Assembly: GCA_943704425.1 (NCBI GenBank)
Contig: CALSCP010001488.1
Location: 88,416 to 152,415 of the forward strand
From: Ministeria vibrans ATCC 50519
Taxonomy: Eukaryota; Protista; Filasterea
Direction of reading: 5' to 3'
Length of the DNA stretch: 64,000 nt
The position numbers and the translations under genes are program-made. The notes under the pieces were generated by a model, which did not search any database, had not been told where the DNA came from, and worked only from the letters and a program-made list of their open reading frames with translations. Below, one piece after another: positions 1 to 14,200 of the stretch (within the stretch, counting starts at the first letter, position 1; each line of letters begins with the position of its first letter).

Positions 1-2561
1 GATGAAGAGCATCAGACCGAGAAGACTGCCAGTCAGTGATGCTCGAACCAGAGTCAAATAGCTTTTTCTCAAAGACTACAAAAGACAACCAATCAACAAC
101 GATCACAATGCACACCCAAATTCATTACAGTGTAGTAGATGAAGAGCTCAATGACAGAGCCAAAAGTCGCATTGATGACCGCACCAACTGCAAAAGTGGA
201 CTGGACAGAAATACACTCAATAGCCGCTCCAATGTAGAACGCCACGGGAACCACCGCAACCACCGATAGCTAAAGGCATAGAGAGCGAAAGCGATTAAAT
301 AAGTGAGTGGAATGAATGAGTGAATAAAATTGAGTGAGTGAGTGCGATTGAGTGAGTGCGATTGAGTGAGTGAATGAAATTGAGTGAAATTGAGTGACTG
401 AGTGCGATTGAGTGAGAGCAATTGAGTGAGTGCAATTGAGTGAGTGCAATTGAGTGAGTGCGATTGAGTGAGTGCGATTGAGTGAGTGAGTGAGAGGTTC
501 GTTGGGTGCGAGTCAAGTGACAGTGTACAAAATTGATTAATGAGGTGAGATTGTGAACGATTGATGGATTGATTTTTTATTAAGCTGGTACGTTGAGTAA
601 GTGGATGATTAGAATATGAGTAAGACAATGTAATTATATTGAGACAGAGTGAGATAGTAATAAAAATAATAATTATTATTAGAGTAGTGTTTGGATCTTA
701 CCGCAAAAATGAGATTCATATCGTCAATTTTCATTCCAGGAACATATCCAAAGAGAAGAGCACACACAATGAACGGAATGAAGTTAACCAGGCACTTAAA
801 ATAAAAGTCAGAGAGTGAGTCAGGCAGTGAGCAAAGAGTAAGAAAGACAGCGAGTCAGTTTGACAATGAGACAGACCGCGATCGAGAAAGAGAGACTTAC
901 GACGTTCATTCCGCCAACAGAGTATTTGTAGTAGTATCTGTTGACAGCCTGGTACGTACACACGACAACCTGATGGCCGGGCTGGGGCTCAGTGCCGATG
1001 CTACCCACGACCAGTGACGTTGGTTGCCTAAACAACTCCCACCAGGTGGTCCATGTCACCTGAGAGAGAATTCGGGTTAAAATTGTTTGCACTAAACACT
1101 TGATCAATGCGACTGTTAACCTTTGACATGGGAATCATCACGACACTCATCCATGTGAGAAACGCCGCAACAATATGGAAAAAGACCAAAATGGGCGCAA
1201 AGAACATACACCAGACGGCAAAGCCCAACTGTTCAGTATCATCAGGACCCTCGGACGAAGAAGGGACTGAGCGACTCGCAAGATTGAGTGATGTAGCAGT
1301 GGTGAGGGGCGCTTCGTCGCCGCTGCCACCATTGGTGGATGAGTGGCTCCGTTGCTGCTGGTGTTTCAAGAGAGATTTCTGTTTGAGAGAGAGGGTTGAA
1401 TGGACTGAGGCGGAGCGAGAGACGCGTGAGGAGAGCCGAATAGTGTTGTCGGGAGACTCGTGGAGAGACGAGCTGTCATCTTGTGGTTGTTGTTGGGGTG
1501 AGGGTGCCACAATGGTCATTGTGCCGTAGCCAGTACGCACTGTCTGCTGTCGTTCTTGTTGATGCGCAACCACACATGGTTTGCTCGCTCCTTCTCCTTC
1601 TCCCTCTCCTTCTTCTTCTTCTTCTTCTCCTTCTCCTCCTCCTCCTCCTTCCTCCTCCTCCTCCTCTTCATCTTCTCCTCCCATTTCCACCTCTTGATGG
1701 CCTTGGTGGCCTCTCAGCAGCGGTTCGCTCTGGAGCGTGGACGAGTCAATGGTGATACTGCTGCTCGCGCGCTCGCGCGCTGCGCGCCTCGTCTCCCCCA
1801 CAACGGGTTCGTCGTCGAGCAACACGACATAGGGCGCTGGTCGTTGCAGAAACTTGCCAAAGGGCCACAGGAAGAAGCCAGCCAGGCGGAAACACAGCTT
1901 GGAGTAGTTCCATCCAATTATGGAGACGGCGAAAAGACAAGCTGGACAACAATCATAATGAAAATGATAAACAATGCAATAATACAATATTTTAGAGTGA
2001 TGTTGAAAAAAAGTCACATTCTCCTCAACACATCATCATATGCCTACCAAAGAGCACATACACAAAGGAAAGCCACCATCCAACAAACAGAAGGTACGCA
2101 ATGTTGCCTGAAACAGCGGAAAGAGTCAAAAATCAATTCAAAAAAAAAAAGACGACAAAGCGGTGACAAAAAATCGACTGAAACGGAACAATGAATTGGC
2201 GTTCAAGAGCAGATTCACTGTGACGGGGTAGTGCTTACCAACGGTAATGGTGTTGACGAGGGTAAACGACGCAGAGATGGCCTGGCGCGACGGAATGCGC
2301 GGTTCGCGGTAGAGGTCCTGCACAATGGTTGATCTGGGGCGGACGACGGTCAGTCTGCGCGCCACACACCCCCGCACACACACACACGCACGCATACCTT
2401 TGACTGAGCTCCCGCTGCGTCACGTGGCTCTTCCATTTCGAGAAGCCAAAGAGAGTGTTGAGCTGTCGGCGTTTCTCCTCCAAGTCGGCTGGAGGCACTT
2501 GCGGGAGCGGCGGCGGCGGCATCGGCGGCTCAGGGATCTCGTCCATGTCGCCCATACTCAT
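1..2561 (-). CDS. Type II CAX (Vnx1/animal Cax1-like) cation/H+ exchanger with N-terminal YccF-like domain; multi-exon, runs off the window start
   Basis: Spliced exons give FGFSKWKSHVT, GNIAYLLFVGWWL, LAGFFLWPFGK, VCTYQAVNRYYYKYSVGGMNV and the alpha-1 repeat region GAVINATFGSVIELFIYY...LVRASLTGSLLG. GT-AG junctions are phase-consistent. ATG at 2561. Confidence 0.9.
298..495. repeat. Intronic minisatellite of ~14-nt units (ATTGAGTGAGTGC[AG])
   Basis: Tandem degenerate ATTGAGTGAGTGC units are directly visible inside a CAX intron. Confidence 0.9.
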
Positions 2562-2867
2562 TGTGGACCAAAGTAAGACAAAAGGAAGAAAAAATTAAAA
2601 ATAATTAAACAACTCAATGAACTCATTGACAACTGATAACAAGGACATTTCAAACGAATCATAAAGCTCGATTCTCTATTAATAATAATACTAATAATAA
2701 TATTAATTTTTATTATAGTATATTTTTCTTATAATACTATTATTATTTTCTTATACACTTTCACATTATGTCTTCTTCTTCACTTAATTATTCAAAGTCT
2801 ACGGGCAGCTACGGCAAAAGTATTGTGCTTCTCTTTTGACATTTCGATTGTTAAATAATTTTCATTT

Positions 2868-4429
2868 TCACACCCTCCCATAAGTATAAGTCACCGTCGT
2901 TGTCGTTGGCATCGACGCCGTCGAATAGAACTGGCGCCCACCACCACCGCCACCACCACCACTGGACGCGGCGGCCGACGAGTACGACACGCTTCCACCA
3001 CCGCCACTCAATCCATAGCGTCCCGCTGTCACGGGTCGCACGCTCAACGACGCAACGCCACTCGTTCCCAAAGAAGCGCCCGCCGACGAAGGCCGATCGG
3101 TAATGCGCGGCGCAGGCATGGCCGAGTAGGAGCCTGCGTAAAAGCGCCCGCTCGTGCCACTGCCTCTCCCACTGCGACCACTGCCACTGCGCCGAAACGA
3201 CCCCGGCTGTTGCAGTCCCTCACTGGTCCACTGGGCACGCGCACGAATCTGCTCGCGCACAAAACGGTCGTCCATCATGTGGGCACCCGAACTCGCCCAG
3301 ACTATCTCACCCTTGCGCGCCACGTCAGCCAGCTCACCGTACGTAAACAGCTCGCGCCCATCCGCAGCAAACACGCGTCGACAGGGCAAGGCCATGCCCA
3401 CACGACGCGTGCACTCACTGAGAAACTCTCCAAAGTCACTCGCATGCACCATCACTGGCTGAATCAGACGGTTGCCCGTCCCATTCTCGCGCACTTGCAC
3501 TCGCACCGCATTGGGCAGTACACTGTCGTCCTGCACACCACTACCGCCCTCACGTCGACTTCGCACACACAGCTGCGACACCCGCTCACTCGGCTTGCCA
3601 AACACCCGCGCGTGCACCCGTCGCTCCGCTTCCTTCAACTCTCCTTCTAAGCGCTCAATGTATGCCCGAATACGCTCCTCCTCCTCCAGCGGAGCCGCAC
3701 CTGCCCCCGTTCCATCGCGCATCCGTCGCTCTCCCAGTCGTCGCAACAAGTGCTGCTCACGCTTGATCTTCTCCCGCAGAGTCTGCACCGCCCCACTGCC
3801 CGCACCCACACGCAGTCGCTCGCCACTCGTCACCCACACGTCGACCTCATCACTGCTCCCGCTGTTGCTCCCATCCTCATTACGACCACCACTCTCGCCA
3901 CTCACAAGCTCACTCAGCGACTCCACTCGCTCCCCTGTCCGTCGGAACACCAGTTTGGCCGCAATGGGCAATGACAGTGCGCGTGTTGCGTCCGCCAGCA
4001 GCTCATCAATGCTATTCACCGTCACCACCGCACTCTCTCCACCCTCTCCGTTGCGATGCACCCGCACCCTCATGCGCGCCCGGTGGTTGTCTCGCAGTCG
4101 CTCCGCAAAGCTCGTTGGCTCGCCCATCTCCGACTTGATACGTCGGTAGCGCGCCTGTCGCGTCTCCCACTCGCTAGTGCCCACCAGTGGTTCACCACAC
4201 GTCACGTAGCACAGTTGATCTCGCTTGAGCCCGTCAAGCGAAAACAGTTCCACTCGCTCCTCATCAAACAGACGCCGCGCCGCCTGCGCGAGCCCTAGCG
4301 CAGTCGTCGCCTGAGCCAAAACCCCCAAAAGCTGATCCGACTGCTTCGATCGACTCTGTCGCTTCTTCGTCACCGTTCCATCGGTATCAGTGGTCGTTAC
4401 TGTCGCCGTTCGATGCTGCTGCTGCTGCT

Positions 4430-4474
<45 letters not shown>

Positions 4475-7400
4475 CTGGCGTTAGTGCGCTCCCTTCTCCG
4501 CCTTTGTCGGAATACTCGTACTGATGCACTCGCATCCACGTTTGCACGTCTTCGCGACTCGACGCCGGCGCTCGACGGCTCATCTTGCGCGACACTGGCA
4601 GCTTCGACTCGCTGGTCTTCTGTCCATTAACAGTGCTGTCTGTAGTCGCTGCTGTCATCGCCATCCCTTGTGCATTTCCAGTTCCCGTCTCAGCTTCAGT
4701 GGAAGGTGTGGGAGCACAAGGCGCAGTGACAGTGACCGCCCGATGACGTTGACCCCAGCGGTCGTGGTGGAGCACTTGCAGACGCGGCACACGTAACGGA
4801 GCCAGACGCGCACTGTTTCGCGACGACTGGGTGTCCTTCATTCGCGGTGCAAACGCCACAAGAAGTCCCTTGAGGCGCGACACTCCCTCGACCCATTCGC
4901 TGCTGTTCGCGCCGTGGACGGGCCACGAGAGGGCCCGACGACTCCACTCGGCCGAGCGTACCTTGGACTTTCGCCAGCCATCGCGCAGCATCCCGTCCGA
5001 TTCCTCTTGCTTCACCGCCCATCGCTGTGCCGTTGTTGCGCCGCCATGCCGTCCCTTGCTCCGCTCCTCGATACACAGCTCGTGTGCTGTCGACGCCAAT
5101 GATCCGCTGTTCAGGTCCAACAAGTGCTCAACGCCCGTCACCGTGTCGCCACTCGGACTTGCTACACCACGCTCGCGCAACGTCAACAGTTGACCTGCAG
5201 CGCCACTCGACTCAACCGTCCCATCGCTATGGTAAACCCACCGCTGCAACGCGTCGTCCTCATTCTTCCGTGCCAACACCACACTGCGCCGTTGTCGTGT
5301 CGTTCCTTCCTCTTCCTCCCCACCTCCCTCCTTCTCAAAGTCATTCTCATACCCATCCACCGCCGCATCCTCCTCCTCCGCGTCCTTTCTTTTCTCAGGC
5401 ACCACAGCGAGCACCATCTCCGGCATCAGTGAACTCGCAATATACCCGTCGCGGGTCAACACCCACTGCTGATCGCGTCGCCCAATGCTCTTCGCATTGA
5501 GGCCCGTCTCTCCCACTACATACTGTGCTCTACCACCCCCATCGCACACCCGCAACAGCGTCTGTCCACGATAGCCCTTCAGTGTAGTATGCGTCTGTCG
5601 CAGCTCCTCCATCACCGGGTCGTACTCGTTGTCCGCTTCCTCTACCTCTTCCTTCTCTTTCCCTTCGTCTTCCTCAACACTCTGCTTTTTCTTTTTGAAC
5701 TTCTTGCGTTCCCCAATTTGCTCTTCAACGCGCGCCAGCTCCTCACTCACGTCAACAACTGTCACCGCGCCCGCCTTCAGCGTCGACAGCGACATGACCG
5801 AGCCGCTTGCATCCTGTCCCTCCGCCACTTGCCCCACCGCCTCGAGCACGACCTCCGGCAGCATGTACTCCTCGCCTTGGCTGCACCAAAGGCTCACAGG
5901 CGCTCCGTCGCTCTCAAAGTGCGCACGGAGCTCAGCGCCACGACAAATCTCACGACCGGTGCCCAAGAAAAAGCGTCGCACCGCCGTCGATACGCGAAGT
6001 TTGGCGGTGGCAGTGGCATACAGCTGGGCCATTTCGAGCTGCTCGTACTCGGCTTGAGACGTGCGCGATCGTTGCGAGGTAGCCACCGAAAAGAAAAGCG
6101 ACACGGGCTCACGGTGTGCACCATTAGGGTACAGTCGTACGGGAACCGTCTCGTCCTTGCTGGCGGCCAACTTTTCGTTCTCCAGCAACGGGATGTGACG
6201 GCTGCGCCTCCCATCGCCTCTCCCGCCGTCCCCTCCTCCCCCCTCTGTCGTGTTCTCCTCCTCGGGAATGTAACGGTACAGACGCTGAGCGGCCTCGCGT
6301 GCCGACGTAAGTTTCGTCACACGTGCCTCAGATATTTCCACGTCGGCTGCGTAGCCGGAGCCCAGCGATCGCTTGAGCGACGTAGTGGCGCCATGGAGAC
6401 GCGCATTGATGCGCTCCTCAATGTCCATGAGCCAGGCACGCGCGCCGCGCGGCTCAAAGGGCTCGCCGCAGCTGATCCACACGGGACCGCACGCGCGTCC
6501 ACCGTACGCCAGTAGTGTTTCGGGTAGTTGGTGCACATCGTTGTCAATGGTCTCGGTCGTGAGTGTTCGCCCTCGCATGTCGTACGCCACCCGTGCCTGT
6601 GCACGCAGTCGCCCGGCAAACTTGGTCTGACACTCGTCCATGAGCAGTGCCAGTGGATCCACACTGTTCACAGCCCCCGCCGCCCAGACAAGTTCAGCAC
6701 CGCCCTCAGCGCGTCCGTTCACAAACACAAGAAGACGCTTTGCTTTGTGGCCCTCTAGTCCGCGCGTCTGCTCCGTCATGCGTGCACTTGTCGGTCGTTG
6801 ACGTGCCGTCAGAATCACGCCGTCACGACTCCACTTGGCGCGATTCTGTGTCGCCGTGCGCTCGCCCTCAAACGGATCGATAAACGCCTCGCCACCGCTC
6901 ACGTAGACAGTCTCGTCGCGTCCTAGACGCTCTTTGATCCACTTCTCCGTGCCATTGTCGAGTTGCACACAGATGCTCCGACGAATGTCAAACAACTCTT
7001 GGCCCTGCTGGTCAAAGACACGGCGAACTCCACCGCCACCCATGCGCGCACGACACTGCTCCATAAATTCGTTCCACGAACGTGCCGCAATGGGAATGCC
7101 CTTGGCAGTGGACGGCGCTCCGTTGCGCAGCACAAGCAAGCGCACGCCGGCCGCGCGCTCCGTCTCGTACAGCGGGTGTGATCCCACCCGACTACTGGCC
7201 GCCGCAATGAGAAGCATGCTCTGGCTGTTGCTGCTGCTGTGGTTATAATAGGGCGAGTCGGTGGAGGAGACGGACGAAGCGCGTGAACGTGGACGAGAGG
7301 AGCGAGGCCGCCCGCCCGAGTGGCGACGAAACGCCGACGATGCGGAAAGAGACCGTGATCGCTGACGAGGAGCGCTGGTCTGTGGTCGAGTAGCGTACGC

Positions 7401-8043
7401 GCTGTGGCCACCCCCTTGTGATGCTTCTTGTTGTGGTTGGTGTGAAGCGTGTTTGGGTTGCTCCAGGCGTTTCTTCACCTGCGCAAAAGGTTTGTTGTCA
7501 GCACAAGCCAGAAAAGATATTCTTATGCGTTACCTCTGCGATGTACTCTCGAACAACGAGCTCTTCAAACAGCCGCTTGTCTTGCTTCAATGGTCCATGC
7601 AGCTGTTGCTCTTCTTCTCCCCCATTGCCGTCGCTCTCAGACGAAGCGGCTATCGCACTGGAGGTTTTTGTTGTGACCGTTGTCGTCGCGACAACCTCAG
7701 TTTCACCATCGCCATCGTCGTGGTCGTCCGATGGTGGATCTTCAATTGGAGTCACAACTCCGTCGCTGTGCTCGGCCTCAGAGGCAGAGGGCGACTCGGA
7801 CCGAGTCTGTGCAACACAGTTTGTTTTAGTCGCGTTGCCATGGTTTCAAAGCGAAAGAAAAAGCGCAACATAAACAGAATCAAAGTGACAACCCTTTCCC
7901 GCTGGATAAGGGGACACGATTGTGAAGTGTAAAGGGAGAAACAAGATAGTGACCCGAGAGAGAGAGAGGGAAAGCGGTGGTAACAAAATGATATGCTCAC
8001 TCACCGAATCTGAAAGGTCAAAATCGCAATCGTCGCCGTCCAT
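2868..8043 (-). CDS. DCDC1: DCDC1-like protein (multiple doublecortin-like domains plus ricin-B lectin-like domain)
   Basis: Repeated DCX-like units (LRNG...RRVFDQQGQEL...VYVSGGEAF; AARRLFDEERVEL...YVTCGEP; CRRVFAADGREL...WASSG) and QxW motifs (QQWVLTRDGYI, QRWVYHSDG, QRWAVK). Two upstream phase-0 exons start MDGDDCDFDLSDS (ATG 8043). Poly-Gln tract at 4413-4472. Confidence 0.8.
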
Positions 8044-8268
8044 GGTAGCTGTGAGATGTAGAGAACTAAACGAGAGCGAAGCGCTTGGAGAAAAGTAACT
8101 GAGAAAATAATAAATTGAATTGAATTGTATGCTTTTGTAAGCAAGACGATCAATTAGAGTCTTCTCTTCGGAGTTTGGGAATTGTTTGCCCATTGTTTTA
8201 TGTTTGACTCAGTTTGAGTATGGCATTCTCTCATTCTCAAAGTTGTAATATTATAATAAAAATTATTA

Positions 8269-11200
8269 TTAATCACTCAATTGTGTCAACAGAGCAACAC
8301 CTCGCAACACCCACTTGGACGACTCTTCGCTGCTGGGTAAGGCAATGCTCGTAATAAAATTTGTCGAATGACCCCTAAGAAAATGACACAAAAGAAGAGT
8401 CAACGCGAGTTAAGCAATCGACACACACAACATTCCTTACGTGGTTGAGAGTGTTCCGCGACGATCAGACGTCTTGTACAACGGACACTCATACACATAC
8501 GATGCGCCGCCGCCACCACCACTACCACTACCACCACCACTATTACTAGCAACAGTAGTAGCACTGCCTTCGCCAGCGGCCGTCTTGCGCACGGGCCGCA
8601 ACCACACGACGGGCATGGCGTCAAACAACTGCTTGGCCAGTGCGTCCCCAAGACGCGCCCGCTCCCGGTCCCACCGCGCCCCTTCCAGGAACAGTCCCCG
8701 CACATACACTCCATCCTCCGGTGCAGTCTCAGGTACACTGTCGCCAAGCACCTCGTAGCTGAACCCAAGTTCGTCAATGGGAATCTGCTGTTTTCGCGCA
8801 TAATTTTGAAGTGCACCTAAAAAAAACCAAACACCATTTAGATCAGTCAATTTTAACAAAATAATTATTGCTGTTTGTTTTTTTTATCACTAACCAGTGA
8901 GAAAGCTCTGTGTAAAGTAAAAACCAGAGATCCAAAAACAAGCGGGTTTCCCATTGTCGATCCAATTCTGAACACAGTGTGATGAGTGTTTTTTTTTGTT
9001 TTTGTTCTCCTCCACTTTTTCTTCTCTTACCTGAAGGAAATTCAAACGCGCAACCAAATCATTCACATAACTGCCTAATGGTTTCAGCGACGGATACGAC
9101 CGACTGAGCCACATTTTTGGAACCTAAAAAAATACAGGCAGAAATTATTACATAAACAACAATAACAACGGGAATTACGTTATAATTGTTACCTGGTTGG
9201 CCAAAATGCTGACATATATAGCCTCGAGCTCCGCATTCATCACCAGTAGTCCTTTGATTGCCTTGCGAAGCTGCTCGAGTGACGTCCGGATTGTCAAAGT
9301 CAGTCGGTTGAACCGTTTGGTTTCCTACATGAACGGCACAGATGAACAACAAACATTCAAAGCGGTTTACAACATAGATTGGTACCTGGACCAGCACAGT
9401 GTTCATGCTTTCGTTGTAGTCGGTCGGGTACTTGCGCAACACCGCCGCAGTGTCGTAGTCCGCTGGCAGTTTCCCCAGCACATCCGACGCCACTCGGTCT
9501 ACCATCTCATCCGTCGTCACTGCACTCCCACTCCCACTCGACACCTTTGCTTGCGTCAAAAGTACACTCTCAAACAATACACGCGTCTCCTGTAGGTCCT
9601 TGGTAATGTCTGCATTCGTGTGCATCCCAAACACCTACGCAAAACGAGAAACTTACTTAAAAATTCTGCCTCTTTGTTTCTATCACTCTGCATTTTTTTT
9701 CTTTTCTCCCTCTCTCTCTACTACTTTGTTTCATTCTTTCTCTTCTATCTCTCTTCTCTCTCCTCCCCTCTCCTCTCCTCTCCTCTCTCTCTTTCCCTCA
9801 CTCAAACTCCTTGCTTACTTCCGGTTGCTGCTCCAAAGGAAGTCCTCTAATGTACGCTAGATAGTCATCGTACGATCCTTTGGCCGGTGCAAAGTACGTT
9901 CCGCTCTCCGAGAATCGATACGCATCATCCGACACAATCTCAGTACAGAAAAACTAACAAAATAAAGACGTCAATTTCAATCGTAAGTGTCAAGTTTATA
10001 TCATACCTTTTTGAGGATGGCTCTCAGAGTGCGACGATCCCAGTCGTCGGTGACGCGCCCCCCATAGTTACATTCGCCCACAAGGTAGGAGAGAGCCGGG
10101 AGAGGCAGGGAATCGTACTCGTTGAGGAACATGTGCAGCTGGCGCACCGAGATGCGCAAGTCCGACTCGTTGAACTCGTAGGGAATGTTCCAGCCGAGCG
10201 CAGAGAACTTGCGACGCTCTTGGACAAGCGCGTGGAAAAAGCACAGACCAAAGAGCATCTTCTCCCACGCGTGATCCTGGCTGCAGCCATTGAAAAAGGC
10301 CGGATCGCTCAGCGGGTCGGTCAGGTACGAGCGCAGTAAATTCGCCTTGAGACCCTTCGGCGGCTCGTTGGTCAGCTTGACGCCATTCTGCAGCACCGAC
10401 ACGGGGAAAGCATCCGACGGGTACGACGTCAGCCAAAGACGGAAATCGGGGTGCACCGATTCTGGTCGTAGCTCCTCACACAGTCGCTCAAGGGTCGGCA
10501 TCCTACCACACAAAACAAACGAAATAAAAAAAATTCTTATCATTATTAATTATTATTATTAATTAATAAAATTAATACCATTTGACGGCCAAGTGACAGT
10601 TCTGAAGGACCACCCAGGTGCCCTCCTTGACTGCTTTGACAAGCATCGCCTGCGCAATGGGGCCCTGGCCTTGCCCCAGCGACAGTGTCTGCATGCGCGA
10701 GCCGCCAAAGCCCATGTCGTCGGCAAACTTGAGAAGAGATGCCATGGGATCTGCGCCAGGCGACAGGATAAACACGAGCGGTGCACACGCGTGGCTGTCG
10801 GCAAACGACCCCGCAAGATCAAACGGAGGCGGTTCAACAAAGCGCTGGCCCAAATCACCGGCAACCACCGACACAATGGCAGGCACTGCCTTGTCAGGAC
10901 GCAAACAGCGTGTCACCAGCAGACGCACAATGGGCTCCAGGTCATTCAGCGGTCCCATCGGCAGAGGCATCTCGTGGGGCACTGCAGAATCGTAGACGGC
11001 CTTCCACGCGTCTCCTTGGCTCAAAATATGCTCGCGTAGCCCATCAAATGGCTTCATGTCACTCAGACGGCACAGCTCGTCCCACGCCTTGTCTGGCAGC
11101 CACGCAGCGTGCACATTCGCATGGACATTGTCCAGAGCCAGTCCTCCCGTCAGCACAAACCGCCAATGCGCGTCACTCAGACGACCCTGCGCCCGACGCA

Positions 11201-14200
11201 GATTGGCACACAGCAGGAACGAAAAGAGCAGCTTGTCCTTCTCAAACAACGATCGACACACATTGCAGTACAGCGCATATTTAAAGTGCGCTTCGAGTGT
11301 CGCCAATCGCTGCTCCAAATTTGTAGTGCGCTCCGTATTCTCAATCGACAGCACAAACAGATTGATGAACCAGCCCAGCGAGTACTGGTACATCGGTTCA
11401 ATGCTCGCCAGATCAGCCAACGTAAAAAACAGTACAGACGAGTGTGTGGCAATCGACCGGTAGCCACTAAAAAGGAAAAAAAAAAAATTAAGAGTATTGT
11501 GAGAGCCGAGACTCAAACACACAAACAACACTCGAGAAAGAAAAGAAAAAACACAAATACAAACATAAACACACAAACCTCCGTGTTTGCTCGATACTGC
11601 GCTCCGTTTCCTCTGCAACCGCTTGTTTCTCACTAATCTCAGTCGCAAGTGCTTTGCTCGACGACAAAACCTAACAATTTATCAATATGACATCTTACAG
11701 ATGGTATTCCTTTTTCTGACCTCAATTGCAGATTCGTCTTCCAAAATATTCCCTTCGCTCGTCGACAATACCTCCAAAATGCGACTCTCAATCTCTTTCA
11801 GCGTCTTCTGATTCTTCGCCGATTGAATAATCAGTCGACTAAAACACACAAACCAATCAAAAAGAATCCTTTCGATCAGCTTCACAATGTACCTTCGCTC
11901 TTCTTCCAATTCGGGTCGTTCCTTTGCAACGACAATTCCCAGAATCTGATCTTCAAGACCTTCGGGCGTAATCATAAAATTCAACACTGTCACTTTCACA
12001 CTCAGCTCAGGCAAAAAGTGAGGATTGCACAGTTTTGTCGTAATGTAAAACCTACAATTTCAATTAAATAAAAAGCACACTCAAAGATTGCAAATACCTG
12101 AACTCACTAGAGTACTCAATGGTAGCGTCACCCAGTCGGATGCATGTTGCTCCGCCCTGTTTGAACGTCTGTTTTAGCAGAAGTGGCTCCAAAATCGGAT
12201 CGAGCTCCTCTCCCACATTCTCAAGCAGAACGGGCGTTCCAAACTGCACACAATTCATTCATTTCGCACGAGAATGTTTTTTATTTTATTTATTTTTACC
12301 TGAATGCAGTTTTCAAGGGTACGCACAAAGTCAGAATCGGACAGTTTGATAACATGAAGGTTGTTGTCCTTCTCCATGTTCTTGACCCACTTGTTGGCCT
12401 GGCCCTGGGGATCGATCATGAGCGGCCACCGTCGCGATGTCGCCACCATGATGCCGTTGTCGACCGAGAAACCGTCGGTGGGCAATCCCGCAATGTTCCA
12501 CCCACGAATGGTCACTGGATCCCCGAGCGTCTGACTTAGCGACACGTTGCCCGAGCACGGAATGGCACTCTCACGACACCTTTCAAGCCACTCACGTGTC
12601 TGCTCGGCGCGAAACACCCCCGTAAATGCGCCCAGGTACGCCACCAGACCCGCACTCACAAGCACGTCGCCCGTCAGGTTGTGATACAGATCGCCCAGCT
12701 CGCTCGCTGTCTCGTTCCAGCGTGCTTTCTCGCCTCCCAGTCCGCCAATAAGTCGCTCCGCACGCTCCAGTTTCTTCTCAGTGAGCTCCACCTGTCGCTG
12801 CAGATCCTCCTTCTTGCGCATCATGGCATCGTACTCGTCCTTGAGTTCCTGCAGCGTGTCCTGCACCTTCTTGAGCTCGGCGCGTTTCTCATTCAACGCC
12901 GCCATGCTCACCGCCAGCTCGCCCTCGGCCACGGCAAGCTTGGCTCGCTTGGGCGCCACCACACGCGCTACCTTCTCGTACGAGTCAATGGCGCGCACCC
13001 ACTTGCAAAGGCCCTCGGCGGCCTTGCTCGCATTCGCGACCTTGGCTGGCACAAACTCCGGGTTGGTTATGTACTTGTCACGAATGGCCTTGATGACGCG
13101 CGCAGGCACGTCGTCCTTATCAAAAGCTTTGATCGTTTTGAGGAAGTTGAGCTCCGAGATGAGTCGCTTCGAGGGTCCCAAGTAGTCGTCAATCATCTTG
13201 CCGCTGCCCGACGGATCCTTGACACGGTCGGCACGCACCTGCATGAGCACACACACCGCCTCAAGCACCAGCTGGACACCAAGCGGCGGTGTCTTGTACG
13301 TCTTGACAATGTTAATGTCGCCTGGCGTGAGCGTGTCCAGCGCCGCCAGTGCCTCTTCTAGAATAGGAATAGCCTCCGCCAGGTCCGCTTCGCACTCATC
13401 CTTGATGCCCTGCGCCACCTGCGCCTGTCCATTGGCAACAGCCTCGTCCTTTTTGACTACTTCCTCGACAGCTGCAACCTTCTCGCTCTCGCGTGTCACG
13501 TTCACCATAATCGCATCGGTCTCGTCGCTCGCGGCTACCAGCTGTGGCTGCAGTGCCTCCAGCTCCGCTTGCATTCGCACCACTTGCGACGCTGCTGACT
13601 CGAGCTTCTCCAGCCCAACCAGGTAGCGTCGTTGGTTGCTGCGAACCGCATCGCGTTTCCGCGCCAACAGAGTCTTGAACGTGCCAATGAGCTCCAGATA
13701 GCTGGTGGGCGTCACATAGTTGTGCCGGCCGAGCACCGAAAGAAATCTGGTCGACAGCTCGCGTGTCGACTGATGAAAGTGCTTGCACAGATCGACACAG
13801 GCTTCGCGCACCGACTCGCCCATCTCAACAGTGGAGAGCAGACGACGCGCGACAACAGTGAGCGCATCGTCGGGCCACGACGTAAACCAATCAATGGTGC
13901 AGCAGTTGATGAGCGACGGGAACTTGCGCAAGCGCGTACGAAAGGCCTCGCCAATCGGCGACATGGCCAACGCCAAGTGGAGGTTGTCACGCACGCGTGA
14001 GACAAAAAACTTGTAGAGAGCCAACGGCGACGGGTCGGCCTGCTGTCTGCCTCCACCGGCGGCAAGCATGAACGCCGGTCGCACCGTGTCAATGATCTCC
14101 TGCCGCTCGTCGGGCGCAAAGATATTGGGCACCTCACCGCCATTGAGAATGTTGCTGAGATCTTCAAAGTAGTTGTCGCTCTGCGCCTGCGTGTCCGAAA

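Noticed and set aside
298-495. Repeat array considered as CRISPR or telomeric
   Set aside because: No unique spacers, eukaryotic intron context, and not a TTAGGG-type unit.
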